A stretch of DNA of 63,370 nucleotides, the filler included, from Lenisia limosa (taxonomy: Eukaryota > Protista > Breviatea): the NCBI GenBank assembly GCA_001655205.1. It is 15 parts of 15 records of this genome, joined end to end, with 100 filler letters (N's around TTAATTAATTAA, not from the genome) between each part and the next. Parts side by side here need not be neighbours in the genome. Positions count along the whole stretch, not along the records: positions 9,913 to 17,656 come from LPNZ01002626.1; positions 17,757 to 25,420 come from LPNZ01008158.1; 13 more parts are not named here. One strand, 5' to 3'. Under the pieces are notes generated by a model. It saw nothing but the letters and a program-made list of their open reading frames with translations. It ran no database searches and had not been told where the DNA came from. A program made the translations under genes and the position numbers. Below are positions 11,602-25,069 of the stretch, in pieces. The number at the start of each line of letters is the position of its first letter. Position 1 is the stretch's first letter.

Positions 11602-13222
11602 CTAAATAGCAGCTTCACTGAGAAGTGTTTGCGTGTCGCTAACCTCCAGTTCTGTCATACTTTCGCCTGGGTCAACTAGAGGGGGGGGGTAAACGGATGA
11701 AAATTTTTGAGGAAAATGCTCAAATCAACTTGGNNNNNNNNNNNNNNNNNNNNNNNNNNNNNNNNNNNNNNNNNNNNNNNNNNNNNNNNNNNNNNNNNNN
11801 NNNNNNNNNNNNGTTAGGATTGGATTGCTGGGGATAAGCAACAGAACAGCAATGTTAAGGAGAACACATATCCCTCCTTTTACGGTAAACCCTCCAACCT
11901 AAAGGCACTTTTGACATTTCCGTCAAATAGCGACTGAACAGTTTTTCTCCTTCCTCCTCAGTCACGCTTTTGTAGGTTACCATGTCGTGGTAAAAGGTGC
12001 CCTCTTTGCTGACAACGTATCGATGGATATCAAAAAACCTGGGGGATTGATCAGCGATAGAAGTACAGTTTCCACCTTCCCGTCAAAATGCACAGATTTC
12101 CAAAAAGGAAGGATTCTTTACATGGAGGAAAAATTACGATAAAAGTTGGTAGATTGTTAACACGTCGACTTGCTTGAGACGCTTGTGATACTGCTTATTG
12201 TGTTGCTTACTTAAAGTATAGTTGGGTCGGTATTGGTAGGGCTTACTTGTAATGCTGGTACTGCATGGGTTGCACGGTGATAGCGATGAAAATGAGACTC
12301 AGCAACGTGCTCTTCATTACTTGCAATGTTACCTCATAATGGTCTTTGTAGATAATCTGAGGGTTAAAACATGAATTGAATCGTCATTGTTCCACACCTT
12401 CTGGTCACACCCCTCCAAGGTAACGGTCTGGTCGTTGATGAAGATCATGAACATGTAGATGACAGCCACGGACGTGAATATTATCCAAAGGCTGAAGCGC
12501 TGATAGAAGGTCGGCTTGGCTTCAAGAAGTAGTTTTTGCTGGTAAAGTGAGCAATTAAGGAATTTATTGTTCAGAAGAGATTCTAAAGAGGCTTTCACTA
12601 CGTTGACTTTCGATACATTATAAATGTATATCAATATTTACCTTGAGCAAGAAAACGACCATTGGGTTGATGTACTTTGTTCTTAGTATTATCAAGGCCA
12701 TTACTGCGGCAAAGAAAAGAACCAAGAACAGCTGCAATGATAAATGAGAGGTAAAACAATTCATTCGCAAAAACAAGAGATTTACCTGAATAACACTTGC
12801 TAATGTGCCTATGTTAGTGTAGCTCTCAGGTTCGGCTAGTGCTGACAGCGTTTCTTCAATCTGAATGTGAATTTCTTAAATTTGATATTTACTGTATGAC
12901 TATCTATAAACGTAAGAACTGGCTAGTTTTACAATTATTATAGGAACACAACGCGTCAACATCGGTCCCCAAAAGAAAACCATCATCGTTGAGTACCTGT
13001 AACGGTCGAGGAAACTCGCAAATGAGCCCGTTCATCCGGATGGCCTCCCTTTTGGCCGAATAGAACGTAAACGCCTGGTCTTCCTGAGGATTTAATGAGA
13101 CTCGTTGTGGATTCTATTATGACAAATACAATAAACACATTGATATGATATATGATTGCTCAGATAATTTCGCCCATCTCACATCTGGGGAGTAGTACTC
13201 GATTGAGCCCTTTTCGCATTTG
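11602..13222 (-). CDS. Hypothetical membrane protein (multi-exon, ends uncertain)
   Basis: In-phase exons IEETLSALAEPESY.. / LFLVLFFAAVMALIILRTKYINPMVVFLLK / QKLLLEAKPTFYQRFSLWIIFTSVAVIYMFMIF with two hydrophobic segments. No family recognised. Confidence 0.45.
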
Positions 13223-13369
13223 ATATGTTGACCGTGATGGTAGCAATCCTGGAGTCGGAACGGGTGTATGTCGGTGGTCAACTGAACGTGTTAGTTCCTG
13301 TGCGGAGCTTTTTGATGTGAAGGATCATGTTGCAATGAGATGTTTACTGATAAGCATAATACATATATG

Positions 13370-13960
13370 CATGAAAGGCTAAACCCTATAAAACCTGTAA
13401 ACTTTTTGAATAATTTCCCTCAAAAAACTTGGACATCAATAAAAACCAATAGAAATACGAAATAATGACTGAATGTAAAATTTCACACAAATTGCAGGAA
13501 AATTGGCACTCCGGGCCGGGCGCCCGGGGTNNNNNNNNNNGTTTGTGATTCGGACCCCGAAAGTTCCAGAAAGTTCCTTACTTGCCTAATGGCGTGAGAA
13601 ACAGAAAGTCAGACCCCCAAAACCCTGAAAATGGTCGAATAAGATTTTAAAATGAAGTTAGTAGGCTCCAGATATGAAGCCTGACATTTGGACAAAAGTT
13701 ATGAAACTTCCACAAACTTAATTTCAAATTTGAGAACATCCCAAAATAACAAAAAGAGCAAAATTTTTGATCTGATTATTTCAGAAAATGACCCCGGGCG
13801 CCCGGCCCGGAGTGCCAATTTTCCTGCAATTTGTGTGAAATTTTACATGCGGTCATTATTTCGTATTTCTATTGGTTTTTATTGATGTCCAAGTTTTTTG
13901 AGGGAAATTATTCTAAAAGTATATAAAAATATCGGGATTTATAGGGTTTAGCCGTTCATG
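13370..13960. mobile_element. 591-bp foldback/MITE-like element with ~160-170 bp terminal inverted repeats
   Basis: 13370-13530 is the near-perfect reverse complement of 13791-13960 (ends CATGAA[A/C]GGCTAAACCCTATAAA; inner ends GGGCGCCCGGGGT). Non-coding core. Confidence 0.85.
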
Positions 13961-14052
13961 TATATTTTTATACAGTTCCTTTTTCATAAGATTTCTTGTA
14001 TCAGAATAGTTCTAATGCGATTTCTTGTTAGTTTGAAAAGGTTAGGTAACAA

Positions 14053-14553
14053 CTGGAAATGGTAAAGTCATTTATATGCAACATAATAGAAAGGCATTGT
14101 CATAGTCTCTCCCCACATTGTTGTAAAGATCGTAGAATGGCAGGCAAGTGAGCAGCCCAATCACAATGCCAACAGTTACTGCAAGAATCAAATATCAAAA
14201 ACACACTAATCTGTATTTTGTTTTCATCAACTTGTATCGAGATATTGGAAATGGCGAACCTGTCCAGGCGCGAAGATCTTGGAATGTTTCAAGGCGCCCA
14301 CGTAGCCCAAACGCCTGCATGTGTAATATGGTGTATTAACAATGTATATTATAGCTATACTCTATATATCAGATAATATACTATCATATATTCGTGTACC
14401 CAGCTGAATCATCTCTTTCCATCAAAATATGAAAGCAAAACGACACGTCAGCCAAATTAGATAAGCCTACCATAAGTACAAGTTTATGGAGGGGTAGATG
14501 TGACTCCAAGTCGCATTTCTCCCGCAGCTTCTTGGAGCCCCAGTATCTGGTAT
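14053..14553 (-). CDS. Possible small membrane protein exons
   Basis: AFGLRGRLETFQDLRAWT / VTVGIVIGLLTCLPFYDLYNN...SN-TAA join in phase. No family recognised. Confidence 0.3.
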
Positions 14554-15420
14554 GTTATTGGCAATTATTTGGATGTAGGAAAAACAATGAAGAAATTGAA
14601 GAAATGTATGCCGTAATAGCATATCATGGGGCTTCCCAAATATAAAACTTAATACATCAATGTTATTCTCTGCTTTTCTTTTGAAATATTGCCATTTTTG
14701 TATCGAAACAAGCGCTACTTCGAAATCATAAGTTTTCCTGTTGGTGCATTTTCATGTTGGCATTTGGGAGAGTACAAGGTGTGATAATTACAATCGCAGA
14801 ATCGACATATTGAGCTTCATAATATGATATTCTCTTATTGTCAGAATTGTAACACAAATCTTAGTTATTAGTGAGTACTAAAGCAAATCCTTGAATATGT
14901 TGTTGTAAGTCGCGGGCCAAAAAAAGGAAATTGAAATTACAAAGGGTAATGTCAATTTATGCGAATCAATAAAAAATAGAAAGGGTGTTAACAAATTAAC
15001 AAAGAAATATTAGGTGTTTAAAAATGAAAGAAACAATTAAAGGAGACTCAGAAAAGAAAGTTCTATTGAATCATTTTTCTTGGGAGGAATGGAAATGGAT
15101 GAATACAAAATATGTATTTTCAAAGCATTTAACCACATTAATCATTCTATATTTATATTATATCACAACTACCTACTTATTCAACGGGATAGAGTGCTTC
15201 CCCATCGTTCTGCAATTTACGTGAACCTACATATTCCACATTCAATGGTTTTCTTTCTGTAATTTTTTATAATTAATAAAATTATAAAAATGCTACAATA
15301 CTATAATAAAGAATCGTGGCAGAGGTGGTAACTGGAAGCTAGTTTCGACATATATCGAAAAATTTCGAGCTTTTTACACTTTCCGAAAAAAATCTTTGTA
15401 TCGAGGTTATTACACTAAGA

Positions 15421-17613
15421 ATGACATCTACACCTCCCGTAGAAGCATCTTTAACTGACAACTCTGACAGAGAGGTTTTCAGCAGCCTTTTTTGGGTATT
15501 TTCTCACTGTGTATTTCTTTGTTTACATTACTAGGGCGATGATGGGTATGCTGAAGCCTGCAAACATGTAGAAAACGGAATTACTGGTCTTAAGGGTTTG
15601 TCAGTTTACAGATTTTTCATTTCCTAGGGCTCATTGCCTACCTGAACACTCGCATCCAGGCCGAAGATGTGTTCATTAAAGCCATGAAACCAGTCAAGGT
15701 AAAAGAGTCCAAGAAAGACAAGGACAAGAAACAAGACAAAACGTTCAAAGACGTTGGGTAAGTCTTCCACTTCCTGCTTGTTGTCCTTATTTCTTAGAAC
15801 TTGCCACGAATCAATGGTTGATCTTCGTACCGAGACAGACGCTCTTGGTAGGGGGGATCACTGGGCTTTCATCTTCCTATTTGGTTGAGCGGTTTCAACA
15901 CGCGCCCTTCAACTTGAAGGCAATACGAGCATAATTCTTATTGGTGATTATGTTCATGCATACGAAAATCTCAACAGAACAATGATACAATATTGAAATG
16001 CTCGGTGCGATGAATAACAGGAATTTGGCTCTAGTGTCTTTTGTTATTTTTCTTCTTCAAAAAGCCACACGCGGCATTGCTAACAGCCTAAGGCATAGAA
16101 ACACAGGATTGGACACAGTTTTGTTTGTCCGTTTTTTCAAGTCATGGGTCTCATGTGAAAAGAGCGTTTTATTGTTACAAAACATGCATTCTGGGCTTTT
16201 TTTGTTTCATAAAGTTTCCAATTTTGCTTTCCCCCCCCCCCCCAGAGTTGGTGAAGTAGATTACACCTACATTCATGTTTTCAGTGCAACAGCATCAGAT
16301 TCTGCATGACGACCTTGTGAAGAATGTTGACAACCTCCGTGAGGTCAAGGCCGATCTCAGATCAAGAAAGGCTGACGTGAGAGGTTTTGTTGACTCAAGT
16401 TCCATTTTATATATTGTATTACTATTATGCAATCCCTGATTTCTTGAGACTTCTCTCATTTCATGGAAGGCTAATTGATACTTCTTGATACTTCTCTCAT
16501 TTCATTAAAGGCTAATTGATACTTCTTGATACTTCTCTCATTTCATAAAAGGCTAATTGACACTTCTTGATACTTCTCTCATTTCACGGAAGGCTAATTG
16601 ATACTTCTTGATACTTCTCTCATTTTACGGAAGGCTAATTGATACTTCTTGATACTTCTCTCATTTCATGAAAGGCTAATATTTTCGGTTTTGTTTTTGT
16701 TTTGCGTAAAATTATTATGTAACATAGCGCGAAAAGCTGATAGTTTTGTTGAGAAGAAGACGCAGGATATGCTGACCAAAAAGGGCTGGCCCCTTGATAT
16801 CTTGGGCTATATACATTTATACAATGAGATGGAACTGCTGTTCATCATTGTAGATATAATATGCATTTAGAAGTTGTAACGGACGGCGGGGCAATAATGA
16901 CCCAGCTTTACAGTAACATAGAACACAGATACTCTCTAACTGTCTGCGCTTACGCCTACCTGGTTCAGTATATGGCATCTTTTCTCCCCCATAATCTTAT
17001 CAGCCTTGTTCATTCGCAGAAACTCATACCTTCCCTTTTTTGACCGAAAATGAGGCTATTTCTTCACATTGCCGAAACAGTGCCACATTGCCTCACTTTA
17101 GCAGTACATGCGTGAAGCCGAGAAAGCCATTGCCGCCAACGCCAACCAGCACAAACTGATCAAAAAGGCTAAGGCTAACTATGACAAACTCGCCAAGATG
17201 GTGGGTTCTGGGTGGTAATACTGAAGGATCTGGGTATGATAAGGGGGTTCTGGGTTTGAAAAGGGGGAGGAGGGTAGGAATACTGAAGATGGTTCTGGCT
17301 TGGGCTTCACTTCGGATTCGAAAAATACCGATAGAATATTGATAATTTTCGAGGATTTATCGAGAAATTCAAACTTTTTTTTCGAACCGAAGTGAAGCCC
17401 TTGGTATAGGCCGGATATTGATATTTAGATTATTTGGCTCTTGTCCCCTTGTCATATTCTTCATTTGATTACCCCTTCCCCAGGCTAGCCCGGGCTTCTT
17501 TTTTTGTGTTTTTGTCATCTGGGAGTTTTACTCCCCCCCAGGTTGAAGATACTGAAATTGAGCATAACAAAGCGGAGGTAGACCCAAATGCAAGCAGAAA
17601 CCAGGCGGATAAG
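15421..17613 (+). CDS. F-BAR (FCH) domain protein, 3' partial
   Basis: GDDGYAEACKHVENGITGLKGLIAYLNTRIQAEDVFIKAM ... GTCHESMVDLRTETDALVQQHQILHDDL ... KKAKANYDKLAKM follows the F-BAR helical pattern (GF..L..G....L..R..IE; GT....W..L..E......H). Confidence 0.75.
16441..16680. repeat. Minisatellite, 41-bp unit x ~6, intronic
   Basis: Unit TTCTTGATACTTCTCTCATTTCATGGAAGGCTAATTGATAC, head-to-tail with no spacers. Confidence 0.9.
17302..17400. mobile_element. Family A MITE
   Basis: Complete TIR pair in an F-BAR intron. Confidence 0.88.
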
Positions 17614-17788
17614 GTAGGGGGGCTCAGAGTGGTGGTACTTCGGTTCTCTTGAATTANNNNNNNNNNNNNNNNNNNNNNNNNNNNNNNNNNNNNNNNNNNN
17701 TTAATTAATTAANNNNNNNNNNNNNNNNNNNNNNNNNNNNNNNNNNNNNNNNNNNNCCTCAGGTTATAATTTTAACCCCCTCCCCCAG

Positions 17789-20700
17789 GTTGTAGTGCAT
17801 GCCCTACTACAGATTTCGTTTCTGCAACCTGTATTGCAGTTTGCGAGGGAGGGTAACTACTTTGGGTGGCACAGAGTTGTAAAGCAAGTGATTGGGTGAA
17901 TAAATATGCTGGCTGTGTACACAGATTTTGTAAGGCAATGATTTGGTTAATTAGTATTATGCAATGCTGCAATTTATCTGCAAGCGTGATGGAATGGACG
18001 GCTTCGACCAGATACAACCTTGTTTTATTGGTTATCTTGATATAATACATAGTTATGATATCTATGATAAATCTTGGGTGGTATTTGTCAACTGGTTCCG
18101 ATACTTCGATCCCAAAACAATGCCTAACCATGAAAATAATGTATTTTCGATGTATATTTTAGTGGATTTTTTTGAGGAAGTGAAAAACAGCAGGGAATCA
18201 GCACAAATACATGGAAAAGTCTTCAATATTTTTTTTTTTTGTGAAACAGTTTTCGTCATGGGAAATATACTGCTAATGCAGCTGATCCATTTGATGGTGT
18301 AGACGCAAGACACACAATGCCAGGCCTGCAGCACGCGCAATCGCGAGGCACTTTGGGGGACTGTCTGTGGCAACTGCTCCCCTGCCTTCTTCCACCTCAC
18401 CACCGGGGGTGATAACGCCAATGATAATTGCGATGGTGCTGGGGTGTGATAGTTGCGATGGTGCTGGGGTGTGATAGTTGCGATGGTGCTGGGTAATTTT
18501 GTCTTTTTAGCAAACAATTTGTGGGGCGAGTATGGGGGGCGAGGCCGACTTTGTCGGATTGTCATTTCTGAATTTCTCTTTCCCTCATACTTTCACCTTA
18601 CTTCGCAGCTTGCACTGAGTGTCCGAACTCGGACTATGTTTCAACGGCTTGCTCCACTGTAGGCTTTTATGATCTTATGAGGCTTTTATGGGTCTAATTA
18701 GGCTATGGGGCTTCTTTATTAATCTGTTTTATTGATCGTTTTTATGGATCGTTTTTATATGACATTTTGATTGGTTTACGTTGGTCTTTGTTGTGGCTTT
18801 TTTGTATTTTTCTGGTATGTTTGATTGTCGCTTTGGGCTTTTTGATTGTTATCTATTGACGCTCCAGACTTCGGATACGATCTGCAGTGAATGTTCCGCA
18901 GACTTCAATCGCAAGGACTATAACGGTGTTACATGCGGCCACTGTCGTAGCGGCTACTATACGACAAATGGCAACACTAATGCCAACTCCCTTTGCTCCA
19001 GTGGGGCTACCATGATGAACATCGATTATATTCATATTCAAATGTAGTGTATCATAAATGCATGTATAATATACATCACATATATATATACATATTAACA
19101 CCAAATTTGTATGTATACTGAATGTGTTCGTGGGGACCAGTATTTTCTGTTCCAAAAATTATATTTACCTCTTCCACCCAGCTTGCACCTCCACCTGCAT
19201 TGATGCGCACTATATGACCGCTCCTTGCTCAGAAACCAGCAATCTGACCTGCCGAAACTGTGTTCTGCAACACCGAGGGGCTGAGGCTGGTGCGGGGGGG
19301 AATTAATGTGGATCCATCCAGGGCTTCACTTCGGTTCAAAAAAGACTGAATTTCTCTATAATTCCTCGAAAACTATCGATAATTTATTGGTCTTTTTCAA
19401 TCTGAAGAAGCCCCTGCTCTAAGGGGCAATATTGATCAGAGAAATTGTTACAAAAACAGTTCTATCTTGTCATATTTACTTTAAAAGATTCTTATTAACA
19501 AATCTAACCGCTCGGTGTAATTTAGTTCTTGTGGAATACTACTTGGGATGAGATAAACCTTATTCCCCAATTAGGAAACCTTTGAATTGATTTGTTTACC
19601 AATTAGGAAACCTATTGGGCAACTTATTCCATCCAACTTGGCATATCAATATTCCTAATTAGGCAACCTTTCTCAGTTATTCCCACTTAGGAAACCTGTG
19701 TTCTGCATGTTTGTCAAACTACTGGGCAGCAGGCGATGGTGACATCAGCGGAACATCATTATGCTCAGGTCTGCTTTCATGTTTTTGTTTTGCTAGTTTG
19801 ATTGCATACCGTCTATCAATCTCTAATAAAAGGCGTGGACGGCTTAGATTGTTCCAATTATGTCTCACTTCTGCGTGCGATACTCTTATGTCTCACTTCT
19901 GCATGCGATACTCTTATGTCTCACTTCTGCATGCGATACTCTTGTTTGTTTACCGGTTCAGAGTGCACCCAATGCCCCACTACAAAGTTCGTAGAAACTG
20001 CGTGNNNNNNNNNNCTGTATTTCAAGCAATATACTGTAATCAATCTCTTCTCATTGTGTAGACGGATTCGGTCAGATGCACCTTTTTTATTTCTCATTTA
20101 TACATGAAATGTTTTGTTTACCGGTTCAGAGTGCACCCAATGCCCCACTACAAAGTTCGTAGAAACTGCGTGTACTAAAACAGCCAATGCGGTAGGGGAA
20201 TGCTGAACATGGAATGCAGTGGCCAAGGATGTCATATGAATTGGGATATGATCTTTTAAAGCATGAATAACTCGTGTCTTGTCAGCCAACAGGGTTGATT
20301 TTGGCTTTTATTTTGCTTCTAAAATTTCCAATTTTACTTCCCCCCCCCCCNNNNNNNNNNAGATAACTGCGGAAAATGTCAGGCCCAGTATTACAATACT
20401 TTTGATGGTGACTTCGGCAGCAACTCCAAGTGTACATGTAGGGATCATATTCAACCTCATATGTATTCAACGTTCCGCCTGCCTTGTCATACCTGACTTT
20501 TCCCCATACTTTCCGCCTGACTTTTCAGCTTGCACTGAGTGCCCAAGCTGGGACTATGTTTCAACGGCTTGCTCCACAGTAGGCTTTTATGTTGCTTAAC
20601 TTTTTTCAAAAACCTCTTATCGTTTTTCGTATTTGGGGTTTTTATGAGGCTTTTTTGTGGCTTTTTTTGAACTCTTTTATTTAGACGTTGCATTTGACTT

Positions 20701-23700
20701 TTTTGAGACTTTGAGACTTTTGAGCTTTGTTAAACTTTTCATTAAAATGTGGCTTGCTTTTGCAGTGTTAAACTGTGTGGGTATTCTGTTGGAGTCAAGT
20801 CGTTTGGGATGAAGATTTTGGCCTTTTTGTTTGGCGGATTCGGGGTGGCTTGTTTTTGGGCTTGATTTCAGTCAAGACCTTTTTTGGGCTTTTTGGCTTG
20901 TGTTTATCAATTTACGCTCCAGACTTCGGATACGATCTGCAGTGAATGCTCAGCAGATTTCAATCGCAAGAACTATAACGGTGTTGTATGCGGCCACTGT
21001 CTTAGTGGCTACTATACGACAAATGGCAACACTAATGCCAACTCCTTATGCAGCCNNNNNNNNNNAGTAGATGATCGCAATGTAGGAATCCAAGAATATT
21101 GTGTGTTATTTGACTTCGCTCATGAATACTCCCTCCAAGGTTCTCAAATTGTGCTCGGGTCAGTACCGACAAGACTCGGCAGGGGATAGCTGTGGCCATT
21201 GCCTAGCCGGATATTACAACACTGATGATGGTGACGTCAGCAGCAACTCGGAGTGTATAGGTGGGGTGGGGATATAAAGTGGGGTTGCAGGTGATGAGTG
21301 AAAGAGCTGCATGAAGTCTACACAATTGAATATGTCAGCAACAATGACACAATCGAATATGTCAGCATCAATGACACAATTTGAATGTTAGCAACAATAA
21401 CTGTTCAGTCTGTTCGGGATGTAGTTCAAGTGCATATCAAAAGCAGCTTTGCACAGAAACCTCCAATACCGTCTGTGGCTTTTGTAGCAGTCTTCATCGA
21501 CAGGGCCACGACAAGGTTGGAAAGGGACATTATGGTATTTCTTTTTGTTGATAGTTGGTTAAGGATGAGATGAGGACTATCATGATCATCGTTACCATCA
21601 CCATCATTACCACCATCAACATAATCATCATCATCACCATCATCAACAACAACAACAACATAATCATCGTCACCATCATCATCATCATCGCACCAGGTCA
21701 CCTGCGGAGTCTGTTTAGGCGGATACTTCAGAGCCGTGGACGGAGGTTCTACCGGGGTCACCACGACATGTTCAGGTGGGATGTAAATAGTACTATTTTT
21801 ACATGGGGGTACATGGGTTATAAGTTGATGTTTGGTACATGTAGAGGGGGGCAAAATGCTGTTCATCTAATATTCTTAAAAAAAAATAGGTGGAATCTAA
21901 GTCCCAATGTGTTATACAGCGTATTTTTTTTTTTGCAGTTTCTATTGAAACTAAGATCATAGAGATCCGTGTTTTTATCTTTGAAAACCATCTTTTCTCG
22001 ATTCACTCAGCAGCATGTTCATCTTCATCATGCGCCAACTCACACTACCTATCTGCCTTCTGCTCTGGCGTCACCAACAATGCGTGTTCTTCTTGTAGCG
22101 ATATTTTCCGTGAAAACCACGATGGTAACACCTGTGGACGGTGCGTTGTCGGATATCACCACCCCACGACTGGAGGAGATGTCGGCCATATATCAACTTG
22201 TGAAGGTATGTGGGAATGGATGTCGAATTCGTATGATTGTTAACTTTCATATGATTGTTAGTTTTCATATGATTGTTAACTTTTATATGATTGTTAACTT
22301 TCAAAAGACTATATCAAAGTTGGGGCTGGACATCCGGTTCATCTAAAAATGGGGTGGTAGAGTAGTTAAAAAATAAAAGGTTAATTTTTGCAACTACAGA
22401 AGTTTTTTTTTCAAGAGCCAAGCCGGATATAGCTCCCCCTCTCTCTCTCGCATCTTCTCTAACTTATTACCTCTATCTTCATTTATTCCCCATTGATGCC
22501 ATTATAGCCTGTTCGGGCTGCGCCAACTCGCACTATGTCGCCAGTCCCTGTCGTGATGTAAGCTTTAGGGGGGGCTATAAAAAAGAATACAAGCTGAAAA
22601 ATGGTGTTGTGATTTTCGGTTTCCCCCACTTCGTTCATCCTCACTGAATTGGAACTCGATGATATGCTATCACATCACATAAACCACAGAATTTGTTATG
22701 CCATATATGTGCATCGAGTTCCAATTCAATGACAATGACTGCAGTGCAGGGGAAACCGAAAAACACAACACCATTCAACTTGTGTTCATATTTATAAAGA
22801 CAAATAAGTGTATCATGCACTTTGGAAGCAGCATTAATAATTCCGGAACATACACCCCATATTAACACTCCAGGATATATAAACACTTGGTAATAACGAT
22901 TTAGGACTCGGACACATACTGCAGCAGCTGCACAGACTTCAATCGACATGGCAATAACGGGAACATTTGCGGATTCTGTATCAACGGCTACTTTACCGCC
23001 TCTGGTGATGTCAACGCCAATTTCTATTGTGCCGGTAGGGGTATTAACTTCTACTATGATGGGTAGGGCTTCACATCTGTTCGAAAAAGACCGAATATTT
23101 CGATAGTTTTTGAGGATTTATCGAGAATTCTGTCTTTTTTTGAACCAAGTGAAGCCTTATGGGGGGGGGGGTGGAAGTCACTCCATCTGAGATGAATTAT
23201 GATTTCTTGGACTTTTCGAAGCAACACAGTATTAAGTATCTTAACCTGTTTTTAATCGTAATTGCATTACATACATGTGTATGCTTGTGATCTTGTGATC
23301 TTGTGATCTTGACTATGGGCATTATTACCATCATCACTCAATATCACCAACCCGCGAAGCGTGTACTGACTTTGGGAGTTTTATGAACACGTTGAGATTC
23401 CCATTATTTACATGGGAATCCCATGTGATTTTTGGGAACCTGAAGAGATTTATGTAATTCCCGACTAATTCAAGGGAATCCCAAGCCGATACCACTAGGG
23501 GTGCTATTCAATTTTTGAAGAAAATTGACAACAAGGGTTCTCGTTAGACTATGTTCCACTTCAAATTTTGAAATTAATGGTTCAATTAATTTCATAGGGT
23601 CTCAGTTATTGCCATTATCACCATTATCAACTCGCGTTACATTGTAGTGTGTTCTGAGTCTACATCACAAACATTTGTCAAGTCATCCTGTACAACCACA

Positions 23701-24013
23701 ACCGATACCAGTCTTGGCGATTGTTATGACGAACTTAAAAGAGAGAACGCTGCGTATGGGGCTGATTCGTTTTCTTTTCATGTGGTATCGATTTTATCAT
23801 GATAATAATACGGCACTTCGGTTCGAAAAAATGAATTTGTCTATATATATATATGCTCGAAAACTATATAGATTGCTATCTTTTTCGAACCAAAGTCAAG
23901 CTCAAAACACAAGTCTATTTATTCTCTTCAGTGGAGACGAATGCGGTGTTTGCGTTTCGGGTTACACGGGGGATTCAGGTCCTGGAACCTCTATATGTTC
24001 GCCAACAACGTAA
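17789..24013 (+). CDS. Extracellular Cys-rich repeat protein (TNFR-like / laminin-EGF-like repeats), 5' partial
   Basis: About 17 exons encode repeats such as ACTECPNSDYVSTACST/TSDTICSECSADFNRKDYNGVTCGHCRSGYYTTNGNTNANSLCS. Ends ...GTSICSPTT-TAA with no C-terminal TM segment. Confidence 0.85.
19321..19413. mobile_element. Family A MITE
   Basis: TIR pair with the internal segment inverted relative to the reference copy. Confidence 0.82.
21555..21690. repeat. (ATC)n/(AAC)n-rich microsatellite in intron
   Basis: Runs of CATCAT/CAACAA. Confidence 0.85.
23066..23157. mobile_element. Family A MITE
   Basis: TA-flanked TIR pair. A relic lies at ~23812-23902. Confidence 0.85.
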
Positions 24014-24109
24014 GACCTCAAAACGAAGCTTGTGAAGGTATCGTTGTTGTATTATCTGCTCTAGAAATGTATTGTTGAATTCTCTAATAACTGCAACGGT
24101 TTACCAATT

Positions 24110-25069
24110 TCATTGAGGTAGTTGATGGGAGGCGTAGCTTGGTCTTCTTGAAACTTCCAGCAAAATATCTCCCGAAGGAACAATTGAAGAGTTGTAGAGA
24201 AGAGTCTAACATTTGTTCAAAGAGAAATTTCCACAGAATAAGAATGCCACTAAAATCTTCATGTTTGCAAGAAATTGGGATGAATATGAATACAACAATG
24301 AGAAAAAAACAAGGTTGTCTCTGGCCTAAGCCGTCCACACCATCACGCTTATCAGATATTTAACTATTGTAAAATATTAATTTTGCAACTCTGGGCACCC
24401 AGCTTTCTGCGTGCCTCAGCACCGGAATTGGTTGTGTAAATGAGAAATTGTACACCATACAAAAATTAATAAAAATGTATCAACATAGGCAGTCTGTTAC
24501 CCCTGCCTCCTGACACCTTCCAAGTGGACCAAAACGGCAGCACCAAAGCGAACGTCCGGCCTGGAATGTGAAATAAATACAAAGGAACTGAAACGTCAAA
24601 ATGTATCAGTATAAGGTCTGGTTGGAACAAAGCGTACAGGGACAATTGAGGGAAATAAATATCAAGTAATGGGGACCAATTCACTTGGTGCATTGACTTG
24701 GGATTCTTACAATATCGTTGGTATTCCCAATATCCACATTGGAATCCAATCCGAAGCAATTTATGGGAATCCCATGACAAGTCAAGTGCCGAAAAGGAGG
24801 AGAAAAGAAAAAAAAACAACTAGACGACGGCAAAAGACCAGATACCCTTTCCAGGTGGAAATGATGAGATACAGTGACCGGGATAAGTCTTGACCGATTT
24901 GCTATGTGATTTCCAAAGAAAATCGGTCAAGACTTATCCCGTAATAGCAGTATTCTATCGTATCCCCACGTCCATATCCCCAGATGCCCCTCACCCATCC
25001 CAGGCCTAAGAAAGATTGAGGTCACCACCGAAGATCAATTTCGAACGCGCAGATCGCGTCAACGCCCAA
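24110..25069 (-). CDS. Possible endonuclease/exonuclease/phosphatase-like exons
   Basis: LGVDAICAFEIDLR and PDVRFGAAVLVH loosely resemble the EEP motifs DIICLQEVD and GNAILS. Exon chain not closed. Confidence 0.25.
24872..24941. mobile_element. Family C Tc1/mariner-like MITE
   Basis: TA-CAGTGACCGGGATAAGTCTTGACCGATTT...AAATCGGTCAAGACTTATCCCG, a 22-bp perfect inverted repeat. Related to the copy at 49331. Confidence 0.75.

Noticed and set aside
15421-17613. Initial impression of an ABC-F protein from the Lys-rich segment
   Set aside because: No Walker motifs; the spliced sequence fits an F-BAR domain.
21426-21962. 146-aa and 135-aa ORFs with poly-Asp / poly-Ile
   Set aside because: They are translations of an intronic ATC/AAC microsatellite overlapping real Cys-rich exons in another frame.
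25006-25069. LIFGGDLN reading suggesting a TDP2 or 5-phosphatase active site
   Set aside because: That frame hits a stop with no usable donor, and the motif order is inconsistent with downstream exons.
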